Positions 10,073-21,227 are shown, numbered from the stretch's first letter. The stretch is 64,000 nt of DNA from a virus (IMGVR_UViG_3300005573_000072:31555-95554), one strand, 5' to 3'. Program-made: numbers and translations. Notes: generated from the letters alone by a model not told the origin.

Positions 10073-13000
10073 TTATACCTCCTGTTTCACCGTAAAAGTC
10101 TTAACCAAATAATCACCACTTGGTGTTACATTACCTAATTCATCAGTAGCCCTAAATTTCACTATATATTGGCCATTCGTTAAATTTGTTTTTACGAAAG
10201 ACCAAGAAACGGGTGAAGAACCACTTGAACCATTTATTACTGTCCAGCTATAATTTGGATTATCAGCTCGATATAATTGATATTCTACTTTACTTATATT
10301 GGAATATTCATCATAAGCAGTTCCACTAATAGCTATGGATGTTCCGCTTACATATTCTGGCAAATAAGTAATATCAATATATGGAGCGGTATTATCAAAT
10401 AAAACATTTACTGACGTTCCTGAAGTATTACCTGCTATATCATATAATGTATAACCAACCTCTCGATAACCATCTGCATATTCTTTTGTGTCTAAATAAT
10501 AACTCGAACCAGATTCAACAAACGTCTTATATTGTCCATCTACATATATATCAAATTTATTATAACCAGATTCATTGTCTGTTCCAGAAGCACAAATTTC
10601 GATTTTATCCCGCCATTTCACTGTTGATGGACTAAATCCAGCTAATAAAGGAGAAGTATTATCAAAACAAATCAAATTTGAATTCTTCACTGTAGTAAGA
10701 TTATTGATATATTCCATTAACAAAGAAGGGTTATTTATTAAACCAGTTATATAGTTGAGCTCCTCCTGGCTAGCCGCATAGCCGCGGAGGATGATGGGGA
10801 GGATTAGACCATTAAAATGATATGCCTCGCTGTAACTGATACCAACTTTAAAATTTTGTGTTTGTGATTCTCTTGATATCACTGGACCTGAATAATAAGT
10901 TATTGGTGTTTGTCCATTAAAGGACATTCGCATTGTTGTTCCCGCCATTGATGCGGCGAACACATTAAATCCTTGATTCCATGAATAGTTCCCATAACTA
11001 GATTTGAAATAACGAATATTACCATTTGCATCCGCAAATGCAAAGTTAAAGTTGTTATCAGTGTATTTAAACGCAAGAATAACATTTGACAGTTGATTGT
11101 TCGTCGAAAATAAATAGTGATTCACTCCATCATTCGCAGCCCACGGATTCCAACATAGATAAATAATGGTAAAATCCTCACCTGGTGAAATAGGAGGTGG
11201 AAAGGTGGCATGGCATGCCGTAGCTTCCTGCGGGATGAAGGGAAGGGGGTTGGATCCTTGGACAAGGATTGCGCAATCGACATCAAAAGCTGCGCCCGCT
11301 GGGGGGCTGCTTGAACCATCAGAGGCATAAAAGAATATAGCCGCATTAGCAGTTGTTCTTCCGCTTCTCATTGTGAATGTGGCGGGTGGAAGCATTTGCC
11401 AATTATTTGTTATAGTTATTGCCTGCCCAACGCTCCCAGCATAATCTGGAGCATAGTCATATATTGAGCTTCTTGCCCGACAATTTAATGCCAAATCATT
11501 CGCTGCCTTCACAAAAGCGTAAAAGGTGTAAGCGGTATTATCATTCGTAATTGATAGAACGTTTATTACTAGATATTTATAACCAGATTCCTCTAAAACA
11601 ATAGCCCGCAAATTCTTCGTTCCATGTAAGCCGCCACCAACAACATTTAAGTTGGTCCTTATTCCAACCCAATTACCAACTGTTCCATTTTCAAATGTGG
11701 TGTTGTCTATTCCGCCCGAAAGCCCGGCCAGAAGATTAATTGTGGCGGCGGAAACTCTAAATGCATTCAAATTTAAATTAGGAAATTTAGGATAATCATC
11801 TTGCCATTTCTCTTCTCCTATACGAGTAGAACCACCAGTAATTGTGCCTTTACTATTTGATCTACCTTTATTAACTGCTTCATTAATCAAATAATTTCCA
11901 GATCGCTTCATATTGAAAGAAAGATTTTTGATGGTTCCCATATACCAAAATTTTTTCTTTCCTTTAAACAATTGAAGTTTTTCATTTATAACTTGATAAG
12001 GGTCTTTTCCTATATAATTATTTATATTGCTCAATTGATTAAGCTCCTCCTGACTGGCTGCATAACCACGGAAAATTATGGGGAGGATAAGAGCATTCGC
12101 ACTATTTGGGAGATTAATCATTTGAGGCAACGAAGATTCCAATGTTGTAGCTATAGGCGATTTGCTCACATAACTGAGGTCAGAGCACAACCGCTTAACA
12201 ATGCGGTGATTGTTTGTGTCCGCAATATAGAGGTACGTGCCGTAGGGGATGATACCGCTAGGATAATAAAACTGGTCGTTGCCGGAACCGTAACTGCCAA
12301 TCTTTGCTACATAACTAAGGTCAGAGCACAACCGCTTAACAATGCGGTGATTGTACATGTCCGCAACATAGAGGTACGTGCCGTCGGTGGTGATGCCGCT
12401 AGGATAATAAAACTGGTCGTTGCCGGAACCTTGACTTCCAATCTTTGCCACGTAACTGAGATCAGAGCACAACCGCTTAACAATGCGGTTGTTGTATGTG
12501 TCCGCAACATAGAGATATGTGCCGTCGGTGATGACGTCATAAGGATAATAAAATTGGTTGTTGCCAGAACCGTATAATACTCCATCCGAATCGGCACTCA
12601 CTCCGTCTACCGATAACCTCAATTCAACCTCGCCCGATTTTTGTAGGCGAGAAAATGCGAGAACATGGAATCCCATCCCTATTGTGGAGTTGAAGAAACG
12701 ACATTTTCCTGCGATACCGTTTGAGAAACCGAAGGAAATCCGATTGTCTAATGTTTCCAATTTCCAGCCACTATTGTTGGCTATACAACTCATGAAGGTT
12801 TTCGAAAGGTTGAGCGTACTGGCGGGTTGCCATACAAATAACAATCCGGTAATTGCCTCTCCCGGATTGTGCGGTGTAGGGAAATTCGCCGATGATGCAG
12901 TGGCTTCCTGTGGGACGAAGGGGAGGATAGATGAACCGCTGGTGAGCATGACGCTATCCAGATAGAATTCGCATGGGAACGCTGTAGGTTGTACATAGAG

Positions 13001-13807
13001 ATAGCGGTTATTATCACTGCTGAAGGTTTTGGTAATAACTGACAATCCTTCGGAAGTAATTGTGTTTCCCCATGTTGCGCCGCTGACATCTCCTGCTAAT
13101 CCTATTTTCACACCACCCGATACTACTTTGGCCATAAATTGTGCGGTATACTGGGCATTACTGGTAATGCTCGTGAGATTAAGATAAATTGGGCTGCCGG
13201 GATCGGAACCATATGCGATATGGAGCGATTTATTTCCATGTGTGGCCCAAGCGGAAGATATTTCCTGTATAGTTGGAGTGCCAGGAAATATCCAGCCGCC
13301 AAAACCCGAGCCTTCAAACGTTGTGTTTTGTATACCGCCTGAAAGTCCCGCTAATAAATTAGTAGTTGCAGCTGAAGCTCGTAATCCCCGAAAAGTATAT
13401 CCTGGAAATTTATGAAAATCATCTTCATATTTATCTCTCCCTGTCCTAGTTGAACCACCAACTAAAACCGCATCTAATGGTCTATCCCCTGATGGTGTAA
13501 TTGTTCCTCCAGAGGAAAAATATCCTGCTTCTGAAGAAACATAGCTTCCACAATCAGGAATAGTTTGCCATCTACTCTGAAAAGCATTCACCATATAATC
13601 GCCAGAACTGATTAAATCACCACTATTTTCATAAGGTAAAATCCTTATTCCAACTATATCATCATTTATACTCCAAGAATAATGTAAATTACAGCCACTA
13701 AATAGATAAGTACCACTATCATAATAAAGATAAGCCTTTGGTTCCGTTACATACCATCCATGATTTCCATCAGGAAATAAAGGGATGAATTTTGCATTTA
13801 CACCCAT
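10073..13807 (-). CDS. Modular adhesin/receptor-binding protein: Ig-like ends, two CBM+LamG-like modules and three NHL repeats
   Basis: 1244 aa. Duplicated anchors SAAT.NLLAGLSGGI.NTTFE, LPF.PQEATA and LILPII.RGYAASQEELN. NHL repeats GSGN.QFYYP...YVAD..N.RI. C-terminal Ig-like D.AGN/DNTAP motifs. Confidence 0.7.
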   Translation of the reverse strand: MGVNAKFIPLFPDGNHGWYVTEPKAYLYYDSGTYLFSGCNLHYSWSINDDIVGIRILPYENSGDLISSGDYMVNAFQSRWQTIPDCGSYVSSEAGYFSSGGTITPSGDRPLDAVLVGGSTRTGRDKYEDDFHKFPGYTFRGLRASAATTNLLAGLSGGIQNTTFEGSGFGGWIFPGTPTIQEISSAWATHGNKSLHIAYGSDPGSPIYLNLTSITSNAQYTAQFMAKVVSGGVKIGLAGDVSGATWGNTITSEGLSVITKTFSSDNNRYLYVQPTAFPCEFYLDSVMLTSGSSILPFVPQEATASSANFPTPHNPGEAITGLLFVWQPASTLNLSKTFMSCIANNSGWKLETLDNRISFGFSNGIAGKCRFFNSTIGMGFHVLAFSRLQKSGEVELRLSVDGVSADSDGVLYGSGNNQFYYPYDVITDGTYLYVADTYNNRIVKRLCSDLSYVAKIGSQGSGNDQFYYPSGITTDGTYLYVADMYNHRIVKRLCSDLSYVAKIGSYGSGNDQFYYPSGIIPYGTYLYIADTNNHRIVKRLCSDLSYVSKSPIATTLESSLPQMINLPNSANALILPIIFRGYAASQEELNQLSNINNYIGKDPYQVINEKLQLFKGKKKFWYMGTIKNLSFNMKRSGNYLINEAVNKGRSNSKGTITGGSTRIGEEKWQDDYPKFPNLNLNAFRVSAATINLLAGLSGGIDNTTFENGTVGNWVGIRTNLNVVGGGLHGTKNLRAIVLEESGYKYLVINVLSITNDNTAYTFYAFVKAANDLALNCRARSSIYDYAPDYAGSVGQAITITNNWQMLPPATFTMRSGRTTANAAIFFYASDGSSSPPAGAAFDVDCAILVQGSNPLPFIPQEATACHATFPPPISPGEDFTIIYLCWNPWAANDGVNHYLFSTNNQLSNVILAFKYTDNNFNFAFADANGNIRYFKSSYGNYSWNQGFNVFAASMAGTTMRMSFNGQTPITYYSGPVISRESQTQNFKVGISYSEAYHFNGLILPIILRGYAASQEELNYITGLINNPSLLMEYINNLTTVKNSNLICFDNTSPLLAGFSPSTVKWRDKIEICASGTDNESGYNKFDIYVDGQYKTFVESGSSYYLDTKEYADGYREVGYTLYDIAGNTSGTSVNVLFDNTAPYIDITYLPEYVSGTSIAISGTAYDEYSNISKVEYQLYRADNPNYSWTVINGSSGSSPVSWSFVKTNLTNGQYIVKFRATDELGNVTPSGDYLVKTFTVKQEV
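12168..12574 (-). repeat. Three 141-bp (47-aa) NHL beta-propeller blade repeats
   Basis: Near-identical units start at 12168, 12309 and 12450 on the + strand (acRtaact.ag.tcagagcacaaccgc...). Confidence 0.9.
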
Positions 13808-13810
13808 TTT

Positions 13811-14221
13811 TTATGTTACCTCCTCTTGAGGAAACTCCACCACAAAAGTTCTATTACTTAACTTAGAAATAGCTTCGATAACTTTATTCTTTCTTTGCTC
13901 CATTTCATTAGCAAGTAATAATTCTTTTTTTAATTCCTCTTCTGTTTTTTCAGGCAAAGTATCTAGCACAAATTCCGCAGATATTTTTTTATCGAGTCGC
14001 TCTTTAATCTGTCCCTCTATTTGTTCTTCTACACTAATATTCTCTTTTTCCCAAAATAAACGAGCAGCAGTATTTAAAATACCTTCCTCAACTTTCACTT
14101 CGCCAGTTGCTTCATCTATAAACCCAAAATGTTGTACCAAAACTTTTTCATTCTTCTCATTATACACTTCGGTAACTAGTAATAGGCCATCACGATAGGT
14201 ATTTCCTAAACGAAGTTCCAT
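13811..14221 (-). CDS. Hypothetical phage protein
   Basis: 136-aa ORF with an RBS, tightly packed in the tail operon. Confidence 0.7.
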   Translation of the reverse strand: MELRLGNTYRDGLLLVTEVYNEKNEKVLVQHFGFIDEATGEVKVEEGILNTAARLFWEKENISVEEQIEGQIKERLDKKISAEFVLDTLPEKTEEELKKELLLANEMEQRKNKVIEAISKLSNRTFVVEFPQEEVT

Positions 14222-14234
14222 ACACTATCACCCC

Positions 14235-17200
14235 TTAAATATACCTCCTTATTTCATTAACAATATTTCTTGATCTCTTTTTATCATAATCTTGTAAAGT
14301 TCTTGCAAGCTGTTGTTCACTTAAATTAGAACCATTTATGACAATCGTCGAATTATCAACATAATGAATAGCAGGTGCAGAAGCAAGCCGTTCAATTTTT
14401 TCAACAGTTTGTGATTTAATAACCACTTCTGCAGGATGCAAGTAAGCTAACCCTTCTTTTAATATTTCTCCACCAGTTGCTAATGTCGGATACATAACAG
14501 CTTGGCCATATTTAGGTGGGTAAAATCCACGGCCATGAGGATCATAAAATCTTAACAAATCAAACGGATTAACAGCCCCGCCACCCCCTGGATGGTATTC
14601 AAAATGCAAATGTGGTGGCCCACCTTTAGCATTACCCGTATCACCAACATATCCTATTAATTCACCGAACCCTACATGACGTTCTGGACCATAATACCTA
14701 TCGAGATGCATATAATAGAATACATCTCCTTCATCAGTTCTTAATACAACATAATTTCCTGCATTACCACCAGCTCGATGTTCAACATAACCAGCCCGCA
14801 CCGCTAATACTGGTGTACCTTTAGCAGCAAATATATCATTTCCTTTGTGTGTTCTACCTACCGCACGAGGAGCACCCCAGTCATTGGAATATGAATATTC
14901 ATAAGCTGGAGATATAGGAAACATAATCCTTGGGCCAGGAGGTCTTCCTGCGGGAGGAACACCAGCTGGGCCGCCACCCCCACCCCCATAAGGTGGAAAT
15001 TCTATTGGCCCTAGATTCGAAGCATTTTCACCATATAATATTTTTATTAAATTGAAGAAATTCCTGAATCCAGCGCTTTTATCTAAATCCCTCAAAGTCT
15101 GATACATTGAAGTCATACCATTGCGAGCTTCCGTAGAACGAACCATAGCCTCATATTCACGTTGAATAGATGCAATTTGTTCCCCATATTTAGAATTCAA
15201 AATATCCGCAGCTGTGACTAAATTATTTGTTGTATTTGCAAGAGCAATTTGTGAATTAGCAAATTGATTCATTAATTCAATCATTCTCTCTGTTGAGATA
15301 GCACTACGTTCATCCGCATTTATTAATTCCTCAACTTTTTGTTTGAGGTTTATAATAGTATTAATACCATTTTCATTAGTGGAATTAAATTTCTTCATAT
15401 ATTCCTCGAATTCCTTCATTAAATCCGCCCCCTCTTCAAGGGGAGATTCCTCACCTAAGAATTTTTTATATTCTTCTAAACTAATCCTCAATGGTCCCCG
15501 TAAGCCAGCCGCACGACGTACGATTTCCCTAGGCATAAACTCTGGTGTTGTGCTTAATTCTTTCTCCAAGCTATGAATCTTTTCTTCTATTGACCATTGT
15601 GTATATTCATCACCTTTTTCTCTAGCCCATTCAAGTATCCTTCTCAAAATAGCTAATTGCGATTCCTTACTTATCCGTTCCATAGCCACTTGATGATCTA
15701 ACCATCTCTGAGCAGCTTGAATTCTTTCATCAATCGACTGTTGCTCCAATTTATAAATATCTTCTTCAATCCTCCATATATCTTCACGTTCAGTAGCCAT
15801 CTCTAATTTTTGCTTCAGATATTGAAGTTTTTGCGCAGTATTCATTCTTCCCATAGCTTCCTCATGACTAATCCATTCATCCGCATATTTCAACCTTTTT
15901 TGTGCCATTTCCTTTTCTACTTCATGAATTTTTTCATCTATTTGCATTCTTTGCTCCCATGTTTCAGCCTGACTCCTTATATAACGTAATCCCTCAAGAT
16001 ATTGCTGAGTATTTATTTCCTCCATAGTTCGTAAATGTTCTAGCATCCTATTCAAAGCTTGAAATCTTGTATTCACATCTCTACTTCCTTGATTTGCTCT
16101 ATTAATCTTATCGGCTTCTGCTTGTGCCCATTGTCTCGCTCGGCTTATTGATTGCACAGCAAGAGATGCTGCAACTTCTTGAGGCATTGGTGGCTCTTCA
16201 CCCGCTGCTAACGACTGATTTACTGATTGTAATGCTTGTAAAGCAAGATCAAGCCCTTCCCTGCTCATTCTTTCGCCAGCTTGTTGAACCAATGGAACTA
16301 AACCAGGCATAATTCCTTCAGCTGTAAGTTCTTGTAATTGAGACCATATTTCTCCTGAAATTCCACCAAATTGATATACCATACCCAACATTGCTTGTGC
16401 AATTTGTTGCCACAATTCATTAGCTTTTTGTAAATCAATGAGTGCCTGCATTGTAAGATTATTAGTATTCTCAAGATGTGTATTTCTCTCTTGCTCCAGA
16501 CTATTACGTTGTTCAATTAAGGAATTAATATTTTGTTCAATCAAATTGATTCTATTTATATCACCATAATTATTCTCTATAAGATTCCTTCTTTCATTTT
16601 CTAACTCAGCAATTTGATTATTTATTGAAATAATTTCTTCCTGCCTAGTTTTTACTGCATCCATTTCAGTTTTTATTTGATTATTAGTATCATTGATTCT
16701 TGACATCACATCTTTATAGTAAGAAGATGCATGTTGGATTGTTGCACCCAAAAAACCAGCATAACTTGCTCCACCTGCTAATGGAGTTATAGTTTTCCCT
16801 AATACTTTAGCGCCCAATGGAATTGTAAGTCCTTTCAAAGCTTGATTAAGTTTTTCCATGCCACCTTCTTGCGCAAGAATACTCTTAAGGGCATCCACAT
16901 GTAATTTTGTAACTTCATCTATAATACCCTGGTTAAAACGATCATAAAACTCTTTTATGTTTTCATCAAATCTCTCATGCTGAAAATAATTATATATTTT
17001 CCTTATTTCATCATCCGGATTAAGTTGTGGTATTTTAATTGTCTTTACCCATTCTGCAAAAGATATATTTGATTGAAATTTCTTGATATAGTCTTGCCAT
17101 TCCTTTTTCCAATCTTCGCCTGAAAATGTAGGGAGCTTAATTGTCAAAAACCATTCTTCGAATGTCATATCTCCAAATATTCTTACAGCATCATTCCATT

Positions 17201-20200
17201 CTCTTATTAAATCATTTACAGATGTTGCAAAATCTGCCCCGTTTTTCAAAGCCTCAACCATCATTTCAGATTGATGAAACACGCTTCCTAAAATAGTATT
17301 AGGATTGCTTGCCTCCCCAACAATTTCATTCAATATTTCTTCAATTATCGGAGCATTTTCTGATCCAATTTGTAATCCCTTTTCACCCATTTTCTTAATT
17401 TCATCTGCTGAAAGGCCGATGGCAGTTAAAAGGTCTTCAAACATTTTCAATTCAGCTTCAGTATTCAATACCAACGAATAATATATATCCGTTGCTTCAT
17501 TCTTATAAAATATTTCATAACCTGGCCCACCTGATATAGCTCCACCATACATCGGTAATTTTCCTTTTGTAGGAGTATAAAAAGTTCTATACGGACCAGA
17601 CTCAGCAGAATAGGCTTTTGGGGCAAATTTAATGCGCATTTCACTTAAGGGAACTTCAACATCTTTTATAAATTGATCTAAAACCTGTTTAAACAGATAA
17701 GCACTTGCTTCTACCGAAGTTCCCATTTTTCGTAGTGACCCAGCAAAATCTTCAGAACTTTTTGCCCATTCTCGCAAACCAGTAATTTCTCCACCAGGCC
17801 CGTAAGTTACTGCAAAAGGATGCTCTCTTGCAAATTCACTTAGCAATGAGTTCACCTGTTGTTGTATATAAGCTTGTTGTTCTACCAACCTATTATATCG
17901 TTCTTGTAAAGCTATTTTTTCCTCATGCGCTAAATTTTGATTCTTTAATTGTTCACTAATTTTATCCTGTTCTTTCGCAAGCCAATCTAACGTATTCTTA
18001 TAAGGCTCATATTTCTCCGATATAGATTTAAGTTTCTCATTATAATCCTTTGCTTTTTCTATCAAGTTATTTGTCATTTCTTCTATTTTTTGTTTTGTCC
18101 TTTCCCTGTCTCGCATTATAGCATCAAATATAAACATACCAGCCATTAAAGATATTCCAAAAATATTCTGTTTCAAAAAGTTACCTATGCCTACAGCAGC
18201 ACCTTTTGTCCAATCCAGTAAGGATTGAGTAACATTTTTTAACCTGTCTTTCATACCAATGTTTATTCCTGTTGCAAGTTCTCCACCTATATTCCGCCCC
18301 GCACTTGCAATTTCTTCGCCTATATTTTGTTCCATATTTGCAACTTCTTCTACAATTGGAGCTCCGGCAATAAATCCTTTTATTCCTCCAAATCGTTTTT
18401 GGAACCATACGTTTGTATTTAAACCCCCAAGTCTAGAAAGAAGCCCAATACCAGTTCTTAAGCTTACTTGCTTAGAAAATTCTGCAGCTCTTGTTGTTAT
18501 TTTTGTGCCAATCTCACCACCTAATGGCATTAAAGCTAAACCAGCCGAAGCAATTTTTAACATACCAAATACAGCTATTGTAGACATAATTGCTCGGCCA
18601 AAACCACCAAATGCATTCGCAACTCTGTTAACTATATCCAAAATATGAGAGAAAAACTCAATAAAAGGCATTAAAACTCTAACAATACCACCCAATGTAT
18701 TTTTAAATTCCATTAAAACCGTAGTAAATATTTGCCATCTCTTGGCAAGAGTATCCATTATAATCTCATTTTCTTTAGAAGCCGACCCATTAGACCTGAG
18801 GCTAATAGTTACAGCATCTTGATAAGTTGCATATTGATCCATTAAAGCGAGAAAATATTGATAACGTTTCTTTTCAGCCATTGCATTAGCAATAGCCATT
18901 TTTTCTGCCCTATTCAAATCATCCCACTTTGTTGCAATCTCATCTAAAATATTACCAAATGGTTTTAATTCACCAGAAGCGTCATAAACATCCACACCTA
19001 TTTGCCGCAAAGCTTCTCTTGTAGTTTCCAACTGAGTTCTAGCAAACATTGCTTTAAATGCGGTAGCAATTTCTTCACCACTCCTACCAGTAGCTGCCGC
19101 TACAGTAGCTACCATGGCGTTTAATTCGTCAAAACTTACTCCGGCTTCACCAGCCGCCGTACCTGCCACTCTAACTGCATCTGTCAAGTCACTTGTGTTT
19201 ACGCGCATTTTCCGAGATAATTCATTCCACGAATCAACTAATCGTTCAGATTCACCAACAGTCAAATTAAACTGTTCAAGAGATGCAGTCATTAATTTAG
19301 AAGCATCAGATAAATCTAAACCAGCAACATTAGCAGCTAATAAAGAAACACGGGTTAATTCAAGTACATCAGATGTATTTCGTCCTGTCCTGGCAATATC
19401 TGTCATAGTTTGAATTACTTCAGGAAGTCCACGTCCATAACTTTTTGCTAGCTCATAAGCACCACGGGATAAGGCATTCATATCCCTGTCTGTTCCTCTT
19501 AAAACAGCCCTCAATTCAGCAAACCTCTTATCTAACTCCACAACTTCTTTAACTGCTTGCTTTATCGTTCTCCACGTCCCCCAGATTGCCGTAGAAGCCG
19601 CACCCCACAATACAACACGCTTCAAAGCAATGCCAAATTGCTCCGAAATACTACCTGTTGCTGCTCCCAAGCTCCTCATTACCTTATCAGCATTCTCTAT
19701 TGCTCTACCCAAAGCTTTTACCTTCAATTCTTGTTGTGTATATTCATTACTACCTTTTTCAAGCTGCCCAAGAAGAGTCTTCTCTTTTTCTAATTGTTCA
19801 TTGAGACCCTTTATAATTTCCGCCCGTGCTTGAGCTTCAACTTCCTTATATCTACCAGGAATTTTTTCTTGTGCCCTTAATTGTTGGGTTACTTGTTGAT
19901 AATAACGGCCAATTATACTTAAATACGTTTCTTCTAACTTACGCAAAGATTCCTGTTGAGCCAACTCCATTTGGGGCCTAAAAGCTTCCCGAATACTCAT
20001 CAAGCGCCTCTTTACTTCCTCTAATGGTATTATTCCTTTTTCCAACATGGGTTTCTGCATTGCTGCACTAAATTCATAAAACTTGCCAGTTTCAGTATCA
20101 AAATATAAACCTAATTCTTTCAATACATCTTGGTATGCTACTAGCATGTTTTCGGCATCCGCAATGGTATTTTTATTATTTTTAAAAGCATCCCCAAGAG

Positions 20201-21227
20201 CGTATATTCGCGCAGTTAAATCATCATATACATTTGGAAGTGTTTGCAGATTTTTACTATGTTGTGCTTCCGTAATCCCTTCTGTTGCCAATATACTTTT
20301 CCCTTCAAGCAATTTTTGCTGGTATTCATCAAGAGCACCAATAATCATTTTTATATCCGCAGTTGCTTTGGGTGAAACTCCTAATACTCCAGCTGCCTGC
20401 TCCATAATATTTCCCTTTCCTGTCAACATAATTTTGTCTATTTTTTCTAAAGTAGGTTGTAGTGTTCCCAATACCTCTTCAATTGTCTTTGGCTGACGAA
20501 AACCAAATCTTGTCAAAGGCACTCCACTCAGTAAAAGATTTATTTGTTCCCATGCTTCTTTAGGAATTTTAAGCTGACTATACATTTCTTTTGCTTCTTC
20601 TGGGGTTATCTTCCCACGCCTTATTTGCATCAATAAATTATTATAAGCAAGCAAAGAATTTTTCTGTGTGTCAATTGTTTCCTTTATAATATGAGAATAT
20701 TCCTTTTCAGTATTATTCAATCTTTCTTGAGCAGATGTTGCAGTATTTATAATATTTATAAGTTGCCCTATCATTGCAGCAGAATTTTCAAACTCTTTTC
20801 CAATTGATCCACTTGCAATCGAAGCATATAGTTTTCCAAATTCCTCCGTAATCATAGCAACTTTTGCCCTAATACCCTCTATAGGTTCCATACCATGAGA
20901 CAACCCCTCGAACATATCCGCAACCATAAAGCGTGTACGCCTACTAACCTTTGCAAACTCAGCTTCCATCCTAGTCAAAGAACTCGCAAGCTGAGCTGAA
21001 CCCATCATTGCCTCTCTGAAGAAATCAGGCAAGAAGGGTCGTTGAACCCCCGAAGTCATCATCTGTATAAGACGAATTGTTTGTGCTACATTCTGATTAA
21101 ATTGGTTTACAACCCTATAATCGAAAGCATTAGAAAGCTGGCGACTTTGTGCCACAGCATTAGATATTTGACTTGCGTCAATATTTAAACGAACAACTAA
21201 TTCTACAATATCAGTCCAAAGAGCCAT
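14235..21227 (-). CDS. Tail tape measure protein with a C-terminal M23 peptidase
   Basis: 2330 aa, helical. TP901-type TMP core (ELDKRFAELRAV...GEEIATAFKAMFAR). M23 motifs HKGND, YMHL and HLHFE. Confidence 0.93.
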   Translation of the reverse strand: MALWTDIVELVVRLNIDASQISNAVAQSRQLSNAFDYRVVNQFNQNVAQTIRLIQMMTSGVQRPFLPDFFREAMMGSAQLASSLTRMEAEFAKVSRRTRFMVADMFEGLSHGMEPIEGIRAKVAMITEEFGKLYASIASGSIGKEFENSAAMIGQLINIINTATSAQERLNNTEKEYSHIIKETIDTQKNSLLAYNNLLMQIRRGKITPEEAKEMYSQLKIPKEAWEQINLLLSGVPLTRFGFRQPKTIEEVLGTLQPTLEKIDKIMLTGKGNIMEQAAGVLGVSPKATADIKMIIGALDEYQQKLLEGKSILATEGITEAQHSKNLQTLPNVYDDLTARIYALGDAFKNNKNTIADAENMLVAYQDVLKELGLYFDTETGKFYEFSAAMQKPMLEKGIIPLEEVKRRLMSIREAFRPQMELAQQESLRKLEETYLSIIGRYYQQVTQQLRAQEKIPGRYKEVEAQARAEIIKGLNEQLEKEKTLLGQLEKGSNEYTQQELKVKALGRAIENADKVMRSLGAATGSISEQFGIALKRVVLWGAASTAIWGTWRTIKQAVKEVVELDKRFAELRAVLRGTDRDMNALSRGAYELAKSYGRGLPEVIQTMTDIARTGRNTSDVLELTRVSLLAANVAGLDLSDASKLMTASLEQFNLTVGESERLVDSWNELSRKMRVNTSDLTDAVRVAGTAAGEAGVSFDELNAMVATVAAATGRSGEEIATAFKAMFARTQLETTREALRQIGVDVYDASGELKPFGNILDEIATKWDDLNRAEKMAIANAMAEKKRYQYFLALMDQYATYQDAVTISLRSNGSASKENEIIMDTLAKRWQIFTTVLMEFKNTLGGIVRVLMPFIEFFSHILDIVNRVANAFGGFGRAIMSTIAVFGMLKIASAGLALMPLGGEIGTKITTRAAEFSKQVSLRTGIGLLSRLGGLNTNVWFQKRFGGIKGFIAGAPIVEEVANMEQNIGEEIASAGRNIGGELATGINIGMKDRLKNVTQSLLDWTKGAAVGIGNFLKQNIFGISLMAGMFIFDAIMRDRERTKQKIEEMTNNLIEKAKDYNEKLKSISEKYEPYKNTLDWLAKEQDKISEQLKNQNLAHEEKIALQERYNRLVEQQAYIQQQVNSLLSEFAREHPFAVTYGPGGEITGLREWAKSSEDFAGSLRKMGTSVEASAYLFKQVLDQFIKDVEVPLSEMRIKFAPKAYSAESGPYRTFYTPTKGKLPMYGGAISGGPGYEIFYKNEATDIYYSLVLNTEAELKMFEDLLTAIGLSADEIKKMGEKGLQIGSENAPIIEEILNEIVGEASNPNTILGSVFHQSEMMVEALKNGADFATSVNDLIREWNDAVRIFGDMTFEEWFLTIKLPTFSGEDWKKEWQDYIKKFQSNISFAEWVKTIKIPQLNPDDEIRKIYNYFQHERFDENIKEFYDRFNQGIIDEVTKLHVDALKSILAQEGGMEKLNQALKGLTIPLGAKVLGKTITPLAGGASYAGFLGATIQHASSYYKDVMSRINDTNNQIKTEMDAVKTRQEEIISINNQIAELENERRNLIENNYGDINRINLIEQNINSLIEQRNSLEQERNTHLENTNNLTMQALIDLQKANELWQQIAQAMLGMVYQFGGISGEIWSQLQELTAEGIMPGLVPLVQQAGERMSREGLDLALQALQSVNQSLAAGEEPPMPQEVAASLAVQSISRARQWAQAEADKINRANQGSRDVNTRFQALNRMLEHLRTMEEINTQQYLEGLRYIRSQAETWEQRMQIDEKIHEVEKEMAQKRLKYADEWISHEEAMGRMNTAQKLQYLKQKLEMATEREDIWRIEEDIYKLEQQSIDERIQAAQRWLDHQVAMERISKESQLAILRRILEWAREKGDEYTQWSIEEKIHSLEKELSTTPEFMPREIVRRAAGLRGPLRISLEEYKKFLGEESPLEEGADLMKEFEEYMKKFNSTNENGINTIINLKQKVEELINADERSAISTERMIELMNQFANSQIALANTTNNLVTAADILNSKYGEQIASIQREYEAMVRSTEARNGMTSMYQTLRDLDKSAGFRNFFNLIKILYGENASNLGPIEFPPYGGGGGGPAGVPPAGRPPGPRIMFPISPAYEYSYSNDWGAPRAVGRTHKGNDIFAAKGTPVLAVRAGYVEHRAGGNAGNYVVLRTDEGDVFYYMHLDRYYGPERHVGFGELIGYVGDTGNAKGGPPHLHFEYHPGGGGAVNPFDLLRFYDPHGRGFYPPKYGQAVMYPTLATGGEILKEGLAYLHPAEVVIKSQTVEKIERLASAPAIHYVDNSTIVINGSNLSEQQLARTLQDYDKKRSRNIVNEIRRYI

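Noticed and set aside
10750-13460. Diversity-generating retroelement TR/VR pair in the adhesin gene
   Set aside because: Differences between the duplicated blocks are mostly synonymous and include C/T changes rather than being adenine-specific. No reverse transcriptase is in the window.
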